A stretch of 63,794 nucleotides of DNA, counting the filler, from Octopus bimaculoides (lineage: Eukaryota): the NCBI RefSeq assembly GCF_001194135.2. It is 5 parts of 5 records of this genome, joined end to end, with 100 filler letters (N's around TTAATTAATTAA, not from the genome) between each part and the next. Parts side by side here need not be neighbours in the genome. Positions count along the whole stretch, not along the records: positions 14,805 to 29,821 come from NC_068998.1; positions 29,922 to 58,940 come from NC_068987.1; 3 more parts are not named here. One strand, 5' to 3'. Both the position numbers and the translations under genes were made by a program. Positions 21,746-35,010 of this stretch are shown here, piece by piece. The notes beneath the pieces were generated by a model. It made no database searches, was not told the DNA's origin, and worked only from the letters and a program-made list of their open reading frames with translations. Position 1 is the first letter of the stretch; every line of letters starts with the position of its first letter.

Positions 21746-22767
21746 TAAAATAATACTTGCAGATAAAAAAAAAATCATCGCTATAAAGAAAACTTGCTGG
21801 AAGTGCTTGAATAGTGTATAAGTTACTTTTTCCTTTCCCGACAAAAACGACATTTTAGTTTAATACTTATTTATCTTCATGAAGTGGATGTATTTTATAC
21901 CGTAGTAAAACAATCATTATACTGGAAAACAGTTGCATCACCAATCACAAATTTATGCAGTGTAAATTATATACTGTAATATTTCAATTCCCATGTGTAA
22001 TGGAATAAAGTTTTAGAAACGGCAATTATTTAAAAACTTTAGTTAAAAACGCGATATGATATCTACACAAACATGCCGCTATATATTTAATGTAGTTTTC
22101 CTTTATCGACTAAAAGGTAATAAAATCTCGTTAAGAATATGAGTGTTTTATGTACCGTTTTAGATGGCATATTGGTACTGTATTAAAAGTTTACTTGTTA
22201 GGGTAACCTTTAGCATTCGGATGTCAAACACTTTATATAATCTGTGTGTACCGGTTAAAAAACCTGGTTTGCTGTTAAACAAAGATAACTCAGTAAAGAA
22301 AATTCCCATCATATGGTTTTGTAGTTGGCATTTGCTCCCAATGTTATTTTATTTTAGTATGTATAAATTACTTATAATCATAAAAATCAATTCTTTCCCA
22401 TAAAAGAACTTTCCATTCAGTTTATTTAGGACGTTTTCATAAAGCACCTACAATAATATGTAAAAAAAACACTATTCTATAATAGGTTTCTTTATTGATA
22501 TAAAGCAAAACGTTTAGTATAAATATAAACATATTAGCACGGCTAGCTACATTATTTCTTTTACAGAATTAATTGACAAGGACATTGTCGTTTCATGTGT
22601 CTGTTTTATGTATTTCATGTTTTCTAGAGTGTGCCTAAAGGTTATTTATTCAAAATAACATGAAACTTCTATCTCTTCTAAACTTTATCGCTTAAACTTT
22701 ACTGCGTATTCTTTTAATTTTAATTTATTCACAACAGCAATACTTGCTCATGTTTACTTTTATATAG

Positions 22768-22872
22768 TCAGTTGTTTTACACTCTACAATGTCTTAAATA
22801 TACTTGGTTGCTCACGCGTTTCATACATTATAACTGAAGGGAGCGAATCTATCAATTCATTCCCATGTTCCG
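22768..22872 (+). CDS. Candidate internal exon (phase 1-1)
   Basis: Acceptor TGTTTACTTTTATATAG, donor CG|GTAAGC, 105 nt, open frame SCFTLYNVLNILGCSRVSYIITEGSESINSFPCS. Confidence 0.4.
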
Positions 22873-23713
22873 GTAAGCGCAAATAAAAATCTTCATTAAA
22901 AGTCTTTGTATCAAACCAGAAAATACTTCATCGAATGAGATGGATGGCATATTTCTAACCAAAAAGTTTTACTAAAGATAAAACAAAATAAGAATAATGC
23001 TCTTAATAAAAATTAAGTACGTGTCTCAAAACAGATTTTGTTCTATCACTCGAATATGGTCTGCGCATACTAATTGTTTATAAAATATTAGTTACAATAA
23101 AAAATAATAAGTAAAACATTTATAATTCACAGTAATTACTCCATTAAAGCCTACAGCCCAAACGAAGTGAAAAATCAAAATAAGATTAAAATATTTGTTC
23201 CATCAAATAAGAGCGAAATCATGATGAAACTGAGAAACATTCCTGCCAGAAATTTATACATTATTGTATGACAAAAACTTACAGTTAGAAGTAAGAATAT
23301 TTTTAATAGCATTTGCACTCAATAAAAAAAAAAAAGGAACCGGTTCTAGAAATTGACGTAAGAGCTGAAATAATGGTGCCCATTAACTATAATTCCACCT
23401 TGAAGAAAAATGCAATATTGCAATTAACATATAACTAATCTCATTGATTTGTCATGATGTTTCAAACCTACTTAGCTAGTGTAGAAAACATAATTAGTTG
23501 TAATTATGAGAATTGTTTAAACTTCAAGCTGACTCTAATTTATCATTATGAAGTATCGACTATACAGTTATACTAGAATTCATCTTCATACAGTTTAAAA
23601 CTAAGTGGAATAACTTAACTTTTCATATTAGCGGTTTTTATACAAAAATCTCTGGACTTTTCTTTAATATCTTATGGATACAACTTCATCTTGTCACGTT
23701 CTAGACCATTGTA

Positions 23714-24580
23714 CTATAAATCCATATATTTCGTGGATTCAAAAGCACTTGCAATATTTTTGTAATTTATTTGCTTTTTCGTAAAAAGCAACCTAACATT
23801 CGTACCGTGCAAGCCACCTTTTTTTTCCAGTTCTTTGATCCCACTCTGATACCAGTTCTTGTCATTTGAGGTGAAAAACTTCTTCACACAAGCTTTCACC
23901 TCCCCTTGGTTGATGAAGCATCGTGAGCAATGGGTCGGAACATGTAATAGCGCGAGGGAAATATTTTTCCGCAAACCTAACGTGCATAAGTAATGGTGAA
24001 GCAAGGGCCAGCTTCCGGAAGCTCTTGCCAATCATGGGTGTTTCGAACACGAGGTGATGCTTTGCTTCTAGTGGAAGTATGAGGGGATAATTCACTTCGA
24101 GTTTGTTCCGGACTCTCGAACCATCAATGTCAACCAGTGCTCCAAACAATTGGAGCGGATATTATGCTGTTGTGCAACAAAAATATCCAGTATTTTTTTA
24201 AAAAACCGAGATCTTCTGCAGGAAGACATCGACAAATCTCATACTGTTCGAGTGACTCGGAATAAATTCCAAAGATTAGAGGAAATCGACCTGATGCCAC
24301 ACTGAGAATATTGCCGGACTTAGTTCCATCGGATTAACGTTCCGATCCATAGCACATTTCCTGCGCGCGCGACGATTCATACATCAATAGGAGGTGGAAG
24401 TATGTGCGAGGGAGTTCTTTGCTTTGAAAGACATGAGCTGGTAACAGCGCGGGATCAAAATCTGTCAGTGTGATACAATGGTCTGTACTTCGAATGCTAG
24501 GCTGCGTTTCTTGTACTTTGATGAATACAGCAAATAAATTACAAAATATTGCAAAATTTTGGACTCAAAACAATAAAGTA
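23714..24580. mobile_element. Mariner relic with two transposase 3' ends in inverted orientation
   Basis: Plus 23955-24500: IFFRKPN...EVMLCF*WKYEGIIHFEFVP...LLQEDIDKSH...PDLVPSD*...FRSIAHFLRARRF...QRGIK. Minus 23950-23714 repeats the C-terminus (YYMFRPIA...KKFFTSNDKNWYQSGIKEL) and the same 3' tail GCAAATAAATTACAAAA(A)TATTGCAA. Confidence 0.8.
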
Positions 24581-25429
24581 CATTTATTAACAAGTATAAG
24601 AAAAATTCCATTCACACTCATAAAATAAAGCTTACTCAGTTATTGTCTTATCGACACCCAAGCAAGCCTGCACTGAAAAGTAAACGATGACGTTTTCTTC
24701 CGTCCATATTTTATGTAAGTGTATGTAGTTTAACACAATCTACATTTGCTTGCATTATCACTGAACTAAAGCTTACTGTTACATAATAAATCTAATATCC
24801 ACAAGATATACCCACTTACGTACGTAGTTCTTTATTTCAATTACATTTAATTAGATTCTACACAATAATACTCCTAATAAGATTTCATATTTATCCTGAT
24901 AAACACACATTCTGATAAATATATATAATTAGTTAAGACAATTACACATTTATCAACTAGGAGATTTAAGTAGACGTATGCATTTCTATGTATATTTGTT
25001 TCAAACTTTATTACGCTTTTATATATGCTAAAACAAAACGGCTGTGTCCGGTATACGTCTATTCACTTCTAATTTCATTGCATTTTCCAGTGTGTTTTGC
25101 TTCCTTGTACTCATAAAATCTTCTTCGATCTATAAGAATGATTCATTCAATTGTATTCAAAATATTTTCTCCTACTCTATAGTCACTTAAACTTCCATAA
25201 TAACATTCAATGATACAAAGCAATTATTTATCTATAGCAAGTACAATCCTAGATTAACAATTACTATTCATACAAAATTCCTTTCTCATTTCAGTTAATA
25301 TTTTCAATTCCAAAAAAAACGCTTATCAGGACTTATATTTTAAATGTTTTCTGTGAAATATCTCTTAATGCTTTTCGAAATATCCAAAAATCCTAAATTT
25401 ATCTCGCGTGCATTTATTCAAAAATAAAG

Positions 25430-26050
25430 TACAAAGTGAATTCCACAAGTTATCTGATTCTTCCGGGAAGGCATTTATCAATTTCAGTGAAGTAGAAAAC
25501 TTTAATTTTCTTCAAATCTGGATCTTCGGAATTCAACGCAGTTGTTGTGGTGCCCCACCTACTTCCTGAATGCTCCATGGAAATCATCAAAAGTGAAAGT
25601 GTCCAGGTATTTTGTCACAAACAACTGCTTTCGAGATTCTCCTTCAGCTTGAGGAACAGCCAAAAATCACAGGGACAAGGTCGGGAATGTCGGGTGGATG
25701 AGGAAGAGATTTCATGCCCATCTTTGTCAGGTAGTTGGATATCAGGTTGCTTTTCATTGAGTACCCTGGAAACAAATTTAGCACAAATTCTCTCTTTGTT
25801 CAAATGTTCACAAATAATTCTGTGCACAGTTGACAAACCAACTCGAAACTATGTGCTGATCATCCTAAGATACATCTGACGATTTTCATCCAGAAAATTG
25901 CAAATTCTTTCAACCAGGTCTAATGTTTTATGATATCTCTCGCCCTTCCACAAGTCTCACCACCCACCATTTACTGTCGGAGAAACCACTTCTGCCTGAG
26001 TAGTGTTAAAGTCTTTCAAAGACAGACGGCACCGCGCGGGTGCAATATTG
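25430..26050 (-). mobile_element. Internally deleted mariner
   Basis: STVHRIICEHLNKERICAKFVSRVL joined to HPPDIPDLVPCDFWLFLKLKENL; TIR-like end TACAAAGTGAATTCCACAAGTTATCTGA. Confidence 0.75.
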
Positions 26051-26588
26051 GTTAGGTGAAAATTGGTATGAGTAAATTAATTTACTAAATCAGCCGATTT
26101 GCGCAGAAGTAAGCACGATAATTGGCTGTGTGCAATATAAGCAGGAAATTGGAGAAAAGGATTGACGTATCCGCGAAACAGATATGTGGCATATTCAAAT
26201 GTATTATTTTGTGTTCTTATTTTGTTCCGTCTCACGGTTATGGTGTAAAAGAATGAAGTTCTACAGCTAATGCAGTCGATGAAAATGTGTAGCATTTGTC
26301 AGAATTCGGTAGTCACACTGACTTCAGTAATTTTAATTCGTGGAATGCTAGGATTTTAGACATCTCACAACACTATTGAGGCCCACGGTGAAATCAGAAG
26401 GATGGTCAATCCCTGTTAAACGACGTTAAGAAAAATCTTAAGTAATCATCATTATCGAAATAATGTATTCATTATCATATCCCATATAAACGCTGAGTGC
26501 AATAGAATTTTACATTTACAATCATACATAGAAACAACTATGCGTACACACATTGATATATATAAAGAGACGCATCATGTTTAAATGT

Positions 26589-26654
<66 letters not shown>

Positions 26655-27339
26655 TAGTGCGGTGTGTGTGGGCTTGAGTTCGTGTGCGATGTGCGCGCGC
26701 GCGTGTGTGTGAGTATGTAAGTGTACAAACACATACATACATGCCCACGAAGAATGGCATCACGTTCTAACCAAAAGACTTTCCTCACGGGGTACTAGCT
26801 TTAGTTGGAAAAATACAGGTGTGTTACTGCTGCTTTTAATTCGAAATTGAATTTTCTTTCACATCTGCATCACTCCAGTTCATCAGCACATAGTCCGAGA
26901 ACAGCGCTTNNNNNNNNNNNNNNNNNNNNNNNNNNNNNNNNNNNNNNNNNNNNNNNNNNNNNNNNNNNNNNNNNNNNNNNNNNNNNNNNNNNNNNNNNNN
27001 NNNNNNNNNNNNNNNNNNNNNNNNNNNNNNNNNNNNNNNNNNNNNNNNNNNNNNNNNNNNNNNNNNNNNNNNNNNNNNNNNNNNNNNNNNNNNNNNNNNN
27101 NNNNNNNNNNNNNNNNNNNNNNNNNNNNNNNNNNNNNNNNNNNNNNNNNNNNNNNNNNNNNNNNNNNNNNNNNNNNNNNNNNNNNNNNNNNNNNNNNNNN
27201 NNNNNNNNNNNNNNNNNNNNNNNNNNNNNNNNNNNNNNNNNNNNNNNNNNNNNNNNNNNNNNNNNNNNNNNNNNNNNNNNNNNNNNNNNNNNNNNNNNNN
27301 NNNNNNNNNNNNNNNNNNNNNNNNNNNNNNNNNNNNNNN

Positions 27340-27374
<35 letters not shown>

Positions 27375-27574
27375 ATATCTAAATGGTTAGTGATAAGAGA
27401 TACAGGCGATTGCCGTTCAAGCACTCCAGTATTATCTAAGTTCTGGCTAACTACATCGTATGATATGGGATTATTTAAGGTAAATAATGGAACAGTGTTT
27501 TCTCCCCACCCCCGATGGGAAAACCCTGAGTTCGCTTCTTAGAAATATACATAGTGTACTCAAAGTATAAGGCT

Positions 27575-28130
27575 GAGCAAAATTAAGCAGTACACCACCA
27601 AACTGTTACCATAACTTTGTTTTTGAACAGCTCTGGTTTAGGGAAGGTTTCCGGTGCTTCATTTTCCTGCCAGCCACTGCAAAGAACGTGTGTTGTTATT
27701 GTGCAGCATTCACTTATCATCGCAAGTTAAAATGTGGTCGAGAAATGGATCGGTCAGTTTACAGAGAAGAAGCGACAAGCAAACTTCATATCTGCACATT
27801 TTCTGATTTTCATTCAAATCGTGTGGTACCCATTTGTACAGCCTTTTTGATTTTCCAATAGTATGCAAATGGTTTCAGGCGGTTTTCTGGCTAATGTGTA
27901 GTTATTTTGCTAGTTAGTGGGTGGTGTTACGTGGATCTTTCTCAATGACGTTCTTGAATTGCTGGGACGTATTACACAGAAAGGACAAATTACAAATTCT
28001 AAGCAACGCTAGTAAAGTAAACATTATCTGTTGCAGATACATATTGTATGTGATGGAGCTGCTTTTAATTCATAATTTAATTTTCATTCATGTGTAACAC
28101 CCCAACACATCAGCACTCAAGAGTTTACTC
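27575..28130 (-). mobile_element. Mariner transposase fragment (cecropia/Hsmar1-like)
   Basis: KNVIEKDPRNTT...NHLHTIGKSKRLYKWVPHDLNENQKMCRYEVCLSLL...PFLDHILTCDDK...FPKPELFKNKVMVTVWW. Confidence 0.85.
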
Positions 28131-28248
28131 TATTGTATGTAAATCTCAGACGAGCGATTCACTCCGTTTGGAGGTGATACGAGTACGTGTTAATGATAAG
28201 CTACAACAATGACCAAATATATAGATATCTATTACTTTCTGTCCATAG

Positions 28249-28336
28249 AGGCGTTTTGTCTCGCCTGGTCGGGGACATTCTTTGTTCTTAAACATTCGGC
28301 GTCGAGGAACGTTCCGGAAACGTTATCCAGCAGCAA
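28249..28336 (+). CDS. Candidate internal exon (phase 1-2)
   Basis: Strong acceptor TTACTTTCTGTCCATAG, weak donor AA|GTGTGT, CpG-rich island in AT-rich DNA, open frame (E)AFCLAWSGTFFVLKHSASRNVPETLSSS. Confidence 0.35.
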
Positions 28337-29786
28337 GTGTGTGTCTAAATAGAACTAATCAAGAAATATGGGAATACAAATATGTATATATGTATGTGTG
28401 TGTGTGTGTGTGTGTGTGNNNNNNNNNNNNNNNNNNNNNNNNNNNNNNNNNNNNNNNNNNNNNNNNNNNNNNNNNNNNNNNNNNNNNNNNNNNNNNNNNN
28501 NNNNNNNNNNNNNNNNNNNNNNNNNNNNNNNNNNNNNNNNNNNNNNNNNNNNNNNNNNNNNNNNNNNNNNNNNNNNNNNNNNNNNNNNNNNNNNNNNNNN
28601 NNNNNNNNNNNNNNNNNNNNNNNNNNNNNNNNNNNNNNNNNNNNNNNNNNNNNNNNNNNNNNNNNNNNNNNNNNNNNNNNNNNNNNNNATATATACGTAT
28701 ATATATTTATATATATGCATATACAAATGTATTTGTATTTATACATACATACAAATATATACATACAGGAAGTCACATTTACAGTATCTTTCTACTTTTG
28801 TGTATATACATATATTTACACATGTACACACGCGCGCACGCACACACACACACGCACCCACAGATTCAGATTTTTGTGTGTGTGTGTGCCTATGCGTCTC
28901 TATATGTGTGTGTGTAGAAGTGTGAACAAGTATTCTTCATTAGGAATTTGTCCTCCTCTTTATATATATGTTTTTGATAGTAGATTTTGTTCTTTTGTGA
29001 ATCACCTTTCAGCAGCGTCTCGCACCCCACTTCATGATTGATTTGTTTGTAATCTTAAAATGATATTAATGGTTATTATATTTGCATACAAATTTTCTTC
29101 AATTTTTACTTATTTTTTGTTTTACTCATATAGTAGTAATAATATAACGTATTTCTAATGGACTACTTATTCATCACTCTTTGAGCTATCATATCTCAAC
29201 GAAGAAATTAAAGCAATATAATGCATTTCTTTTTTTAATACATTTTCAGTTATCGACATATAAGAAAAAAAACGGAAAAAGCTCATCAATTTCTGATTAG
29301 TTGCGCCGCTAGCCGATTAATATAAAGTACTAATAGACTATATTTTATTAACTTTTGGTTATTATATGAATGCATCTACTATATTCCCTCTAAAAATATT
29401 CTTTACGCTGTACTTCATTAACTTACCATTTAATTGTATTTTCGGGTTAATTATCATCTCTCACTCATTAATATAGTATTTCGCTAATTTTGCATTGTTT
29501 AAATGCTCCTTTTCACGTATTGTTAAAATCTAGATAAACAAAATAGTATTAATATATCTTTAAGGTTGTTGTTGTTGTTGTTGTTATAATAATAATAAAA
29601 ATAATAATAATTATTATTATTGTGATATCGCTAATGTTATGCTTAATCTAATAATTGATTTAGTTACTTAGACGTTTGTATTATATATTCTATATTATAC
29701 GTACGAACAAGTATTGTATTCACGAGAAATGCATACATATGTACATGCATACTTGCATATATAAAAGTATGTATATATGTATATAC

Positions 29787-29817
<31 letters not shown>

Positions 29818-29921
29818 TGTANNNNNNNNNNNNNNNNNNNNNNNNNNNNNNNNNNNNNNNNNNNNTTAATTAATTAANNNNNNNNNNNNNNNNNNNNNNN
29901 NNNNNNNNNNNNNNNNNNNNN

Positions 29922-29995
29922 GTTACTGAGTAAGATGCTTTCTTGCTTTCATGTTTTAAGACAAGTTTTAGCATCCAGTCCTCAGAGTTTTTCAG

Positions 29996-30061
<66 letters not shown>

Positions 30062-30112
30062 CATTATTACTATTATTATTATTATTATTATCGTCATTAT
30101 TATTATTATTAC

Positions 30113-30161
<49 letters not shown>

Positions 30162-30240
30162 GTTGTTATTGTTATTATCATTATCATCATCTTCATCATC
30201 ATCATCGTCGTCATTGTACTTGTTGCTGATGCTGTTGTTC
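29922..30240 (-). repeat. Short R4/Dong-like fragment (29922-29998) joined to a long compound (ATT/ATC)n array
   Basis: LKNSEDWMLKLVLKHESKKASYSV resembles the Dong post-RT region; the array is directly visible. Confidence 0.6.
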
Positions 30241-30812
30241 TTGCAGAAAAATAAATATATATAATTATTACAAAGTATCGTGTAATAATTCCCTTACATG
30301 TAAAACTGATTTTATCACTAAACGAAACATTTGTCGCTCTCCCTCTTTCAAATTACTTGGCCCTCCCTCTCTTTAACTCCCACTATTTCCCACTCATTTA
30401 TCTTCCCTGTACCTTTCTCTTTGTCTCTGATATTTTTTCTAATCCTTAAATCCCTTTGTCCCTTTGAGATGGGTATCTCTCCTCCTTCCATGTGACCAGT
30501 GTTCGGCCAGCCATGATCTTTGTTTTTTAGTCTGACTGCCGCTTGCTTTTTAGGCAGATCAATTTCATTCGTTCTCAGTTGAAAGACACCTGTTGTTATT
30601 TCTTGTTGTTTGTATTCGTAATTGTGTAGCATGTTCTCCATTTTTTTTTGTCTTTCTTGCCGTACACATTCGCTAGTTTCCTACAAAGGAGTCTAATGAG
30701 AAAACGCGGAACTGAACTCTCTCATCACGTCCTCAACGATATGCTTAAAGCTAGAAAAGTTGATATGCAGGATCTTGCAGATAAAGTAAAAACCCATTTT
30801 CAGCAGTTGACT

Positions 30813-32043
30813 CAGTGACTTTGACATTTCATTGATTGACAAAACGTAGATTGTTTAAAAATATAATCCTCTTCTTTATTTTTCAGGTAAATAGCGAACA
30901 GATTCAAGAACAGAATGTCATGGAACAACAGAATTGTTCCACCAATGTTGTTTTGGCGCGCAACTAGCACGCTGCTAATAAAATTGATAAGTCGTTGAAA
31001 CCGCCAAAAGTAACATTTTATCGTGTGTATAAACAATCTAAAGAAGAGAGAAAGATCGATAGAAAAGAACAAAAGACTCGAAGTGATTCGTAGCGCAATC
31101 CAAACTTTCACGCTGGCTTCAAACGCTCGATTGAAGTGAACCCATCCACATTCATGACGACTCTTGCAAAGACACACAATGTGTCCCTTTCCACGGTGTC
31201 CAGAGCTATGAACTTGACTCTTAGCATCACTAGTTATGTTCGACTACACTGTCACCTCGTAGCAGCCAAGGCCTCAAAGGCCAACTTATTCAGAGCCGTA
31301 AGATGCCCAAAACTTCTGTCAATCATCAAACATCAAGGCGCAGGAAAAACTCTAGTGTTTGTGGACGAGAGGAAGTTCACCGTGGACGTAGAAATGAATC
31401 GCAGAAATTCTCGAGTTACTGCATACAATACTTCCGACGTCCACGCTATGCTTGAAACTAAGAATCCTGCCTCTGCGATGGTATTTGGAGCTGTAACGAG
31501 TGATGGGAGCGTCATTGAGCCACACTTCATTGAGTCTGGCTTAAAAATCTGAACATTCTAAAGAGCTCTCTGTTACCTTGGATAGAGCAGACGTTTGGGA
31601 TTGACAACGTGCTGCTTACGCAAGATTCTGCACCATGCCATGGGTCAAAAGCAACACAGGTCTTCCTTGGTGAGATGACACATTTTGTGAGGACCAAAAT
31701 GTGGCCCAGTAATAGCCAGTTCCCACCTTTCTCTATTACTTTTAATAGGGCGTACTTTAAGCAAGGACCAATGCCTCACCACACTCCAGTGTCAACAGTT
31801 TGAAGACCTGCATCGTGCGTGTGACACGCGAAATCAAAAGGGTAGCGGTAGCGGCAGCTGCAAAAAAATTTCGTTCTCGTGTAGAGGCAGTAATTGCCCA
31901 AAAGGGCTGCCATAGAGAGTGATAAATGTTGTTCTTGTAATAAATGTTTCATTAAAAATATATATGTCTACTACCATTACTTTAGTATTCATAACCACTT
32001 TTATGCATCGTAAACATTTTCTCAATTTATGTGAAAGTCACTG
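30813..32043 (+). mobile_element. Near-complete decayed maT (DD37D-type) Tc1/mariner element
   Basis: TIRs CAGTGACTTT(G/C)ACAT at 30813 and 32043 (right end followed by TA); transposase MEQQ...FVDERKFTVD...NRRNSR...TKNPASAMVFGAVTSDG...PHFIESGLKI...LTQDSAPCHGSKATQ...WPSNS, with stops and deletions. Confidence 0.88.
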
Positions 32044-32119
32044 TATAGCCATATTTAATAAAACTGCCATCTGTTTCTGAAGTTATATTGATTTCAAATT
32101 TTGGCTCAAGACAAAGAAA

Positions 32120-32270
32120 TCACATCGATCCCAGTAGTTATTTTATTGACCAGAAAAGGATGAAAGGAACAGTCGACCTCAGTGGAATTAGAACTCAGAT
32201 CGTTAAAGACGGACGAAGCACCGCTGGGCACTTTGCCTGGCATGCTAACGATTCTACCAGCTCGTCACCT
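32120..32270 (-). mobile_element. SINE family B
   Basis: Reverse complement of GACGAGCTGGTAGAATCGTTAGC...CTGAGTTCTAATTCC...GTCGAC. Confidence 0.8.
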
Positions 32271-33574
32271 TACTTTCTGAAGTTATTTCGTATAAACAAA
32301 ATATAACATGATATGTTGCACCAACGACAACTTTGAAGTAGGGGGAACAGTTTTAATGTTAGTTGCCCGGCTATCTATGCAGCTCTCCAGCAGAGTAAAG
32401 GTATAGAAGATGCTTCGAAATGACAGAAAAACCATGTATGACAGTAGAAGCCATCTTGATGCGAGACTAAGGAGAAATAAGAGTTGCATTGAAGCTACTG
32501 CATGCAATTCCTGCATATAGACCCTTTGAAGACTAAACATTGGTGATAAGAATCTTTCAACCGCAAGACACGAGACTCTCTCTTCTATTTATTTATTTCC
32601 AAAATGCTTAGATCGAGAAAGATTGGGATTGTTCCTTTTGTAGCAGTGTTTACATTTATGAAACTCCTAAAACAATGTAGTTATATTTATTCGAATACAT
32701 ATCCTATGGTTGGCTAGGTCTGTAATGGGTAAACCCTTTCTAACCCTTATGTCAGCAATGAATCGCAGCGAGATTTTAGAAGAAATACGATGAACATACA
32801 AAGACGCAAACATTTCCCTACAATATGCTCATATTTGTATATATTCTTTTAACTAAATCTAAAATGGTTGCATACATGTAAATGACACTCCAGTAACAGG
32901 ATTATTATAGAAATTAATATTTCCGCATACTGGTCTAATTCGGTTTTCTGTAAATGTACTGGATTGAATTAAACCACAATATTGGTGGTACGCATTTTCC
33001 CCATCTTTGTGAAGGTGAAATGAAATAGTTGCCAAATGAATTATTACATATCAAACGATAGCCAGCGAAATTATAAATTCTAAAGCAATTATTCCGACGC
33101 TGTACGATATCTGTCACTGTAGCGCTATTTAAAGTAAAGACCAAAATAATGATTTTATAATTTGATACAAAACATCACAAAAGCATGAAAATATCTTTTC
33201 GTGGTTGCTCAACATGCTAAAAATAAACCCCAAATACTTTTCAAATCTATGTTTCTTGCTTGGAAGTGAAAATGACACATTTGATGTTCATATATATATA
33301 TATACATATACATACATATACACACACACACACATACATACATACACACACACACACACATTTCACACACACATNNNNNNNNNNNNNNNNNNNNNNNNNN
33401 NNNNNNNNNNNNNNNNNNNNNNNNNNNNNNNNNNNNNNNNNNNNNNNNNNNNNNNNNNNNNNNNNNNNNNNNNNNNNNNNNNNNNNNNNNNNNNNNNNNN
33501 NNNNNNNNNNNNNNNNNNNNNNNNNNNNNNNNNNNNNNNNNNNNNNNNNNNNNNNNNNNNNNNNNNNNNNNNNN

Positions 33575-33605
<31 letters not shown>

Positions 33606-33718
33606 TATAAGTTAAAGGTTGAGAAACCAACTGAAGTATAGTACCTATACAATATACTGCTTATAGTGTACCCAATTATTCATATCCAAGTGCTAGCTAT
33701 TGCATGGCAATTTCGCAG

Positions 33719-33781
33719 TTGAGTATTATATATGGGCGGGAGTAAGAAAACGGAGAGGATATAAAATCGACACCATAGTCG
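33719..33781 (+). CDS. Candidate small exon (phase 1-1)
   Basis: Acceptor ATTTCGCAG, donor CG|GTAAGC, open frame EYYIWAGVRKRRGYKIDTIV. Not phase-compatible with the open frame of 34052-34143. Confidence 0.25.
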
Positions 33782-34051
33782 GTAAGCATTCCAGTATGTC
33801 TATTTATTCAAATGTATTGGATGAATACACATACATGTATTAGTGGTACTGATTAGCGAGTGGAAAAAAACTGGTAACTGCATAAGCAAGGATGTGAATA
33901 CGTATAAGCATATAGAAACAAATGAGCAATTGAGCAAATGAGCAATTTGGCAAAAAAAATAATATAATAAATGAGCATGCAGGTGCTAGTTCCTTACGGC
34001 CGTTTCTGCCAAGATGTAACGAAGTCATCCAGGTTATGTTCATCTCTTCAG

Positions 34052-34143
34052 TGTTAAGCAGAAAGGAGCGGACAAAACTTGGATAATGGATGTGTCCCTA
34101 GACTTCTTCAGAAGCCTTGCTATTGTGACATGTGCAGCCTGGG
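34052..34143 (+). CDS. Candidate internal exon (phase 2-1)
   Basis: Strong acceptor TTATGTTCATCTCTTCAG and donor GG|GTGAGT; 92 nt; only one open frame, VKQKGADKTWIMDVSLDFFRSLAIVTCAAW. Confidence 0.55.
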
Positions 34144-34240
34144 GTGAGTTGCTAAACTGCATTATCTTTTTTAGTGTATGAATATATGGATGTTTGTATG
34201 CATGCATGTATGCAGCTATGTATGTACATATATGTATGTG

Positions 34241-34295
<55 letters not shown>

Positions 34296-34297
<2 letters not shown>

Positions 34298-34415
34298 AAT
34301 GGGGTTCTTTCAGTTTCCATCTACCGAATCCACTTACATGCCTTTGGTTGAACCGAGGCTATAGAAGAGGATATCTCCCCAAGGTGTCATGCAGTGGTAC
34401 TGAACCGAGAACCAT
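34296..34415 (-). mobile_element. SINE family A, 5' half ending in (TG)n
   Basis: Reverse complement of CATGGTTCTCGGTTCAGTACCACTGCATGACACCTTGG...GATGGAAACTGAAAGAAC. Confidence 0.8.
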
Positions 34416-34799
34416 GTTTTTCGTGTACTTTGTGAGTAGGACTGAGTGAGTTTCAAATCCGACCCGATTTTCGTTTAATCTGCTACTACCGTCTCACATA
34501 CGTGACAGCACACTGAACTGGGGCTATTGAATCACCGTCACCGGTACAGCTACTCCTAGCTTTGTTGAGGATGTAAATCGATGGATTCTTCTATTATATA
34601 AATGTCGGCATCAAACCAGATACTCCAATTATAGAAGGAGGAGATTTGCTGCTACGATTAAATAAACTAAATTTTATAACGTATTGAATATTCTTTATTT
34701 CATTTGTTAAGCAAAATACCAAACACAGACTGACACATGTACAAGTATGTATGTATGTATGCTTGTATAGATATTTAAATATATGTATAAGTACATACA

Positions 34800-34831
<32 letters not shown>

Positions 34832-34956
34832 NNNNNNNNNNNNNNNNNNNNNNNNNNNNNNNNNNNNNNNNNNNNNNNNNNNNNNNNNNNNNNNNNNNNN
34901 NNNNNNNNNNNNNNNNNNNNNNNNNNNNNNNNNNNNNNNNNNNNNNNNNNNNNNNN

Positions 34957-35010
<54 letters not shown>

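Noticed and set aside
26094-26108. 15-nt micro-exon (CAG|CCGATTTGCGCAGAA|GTAAGC)
   Set aside because: Branch-like motif too close to the AG, weak pyrimidine tract, next to a mariner end; chance is likely.
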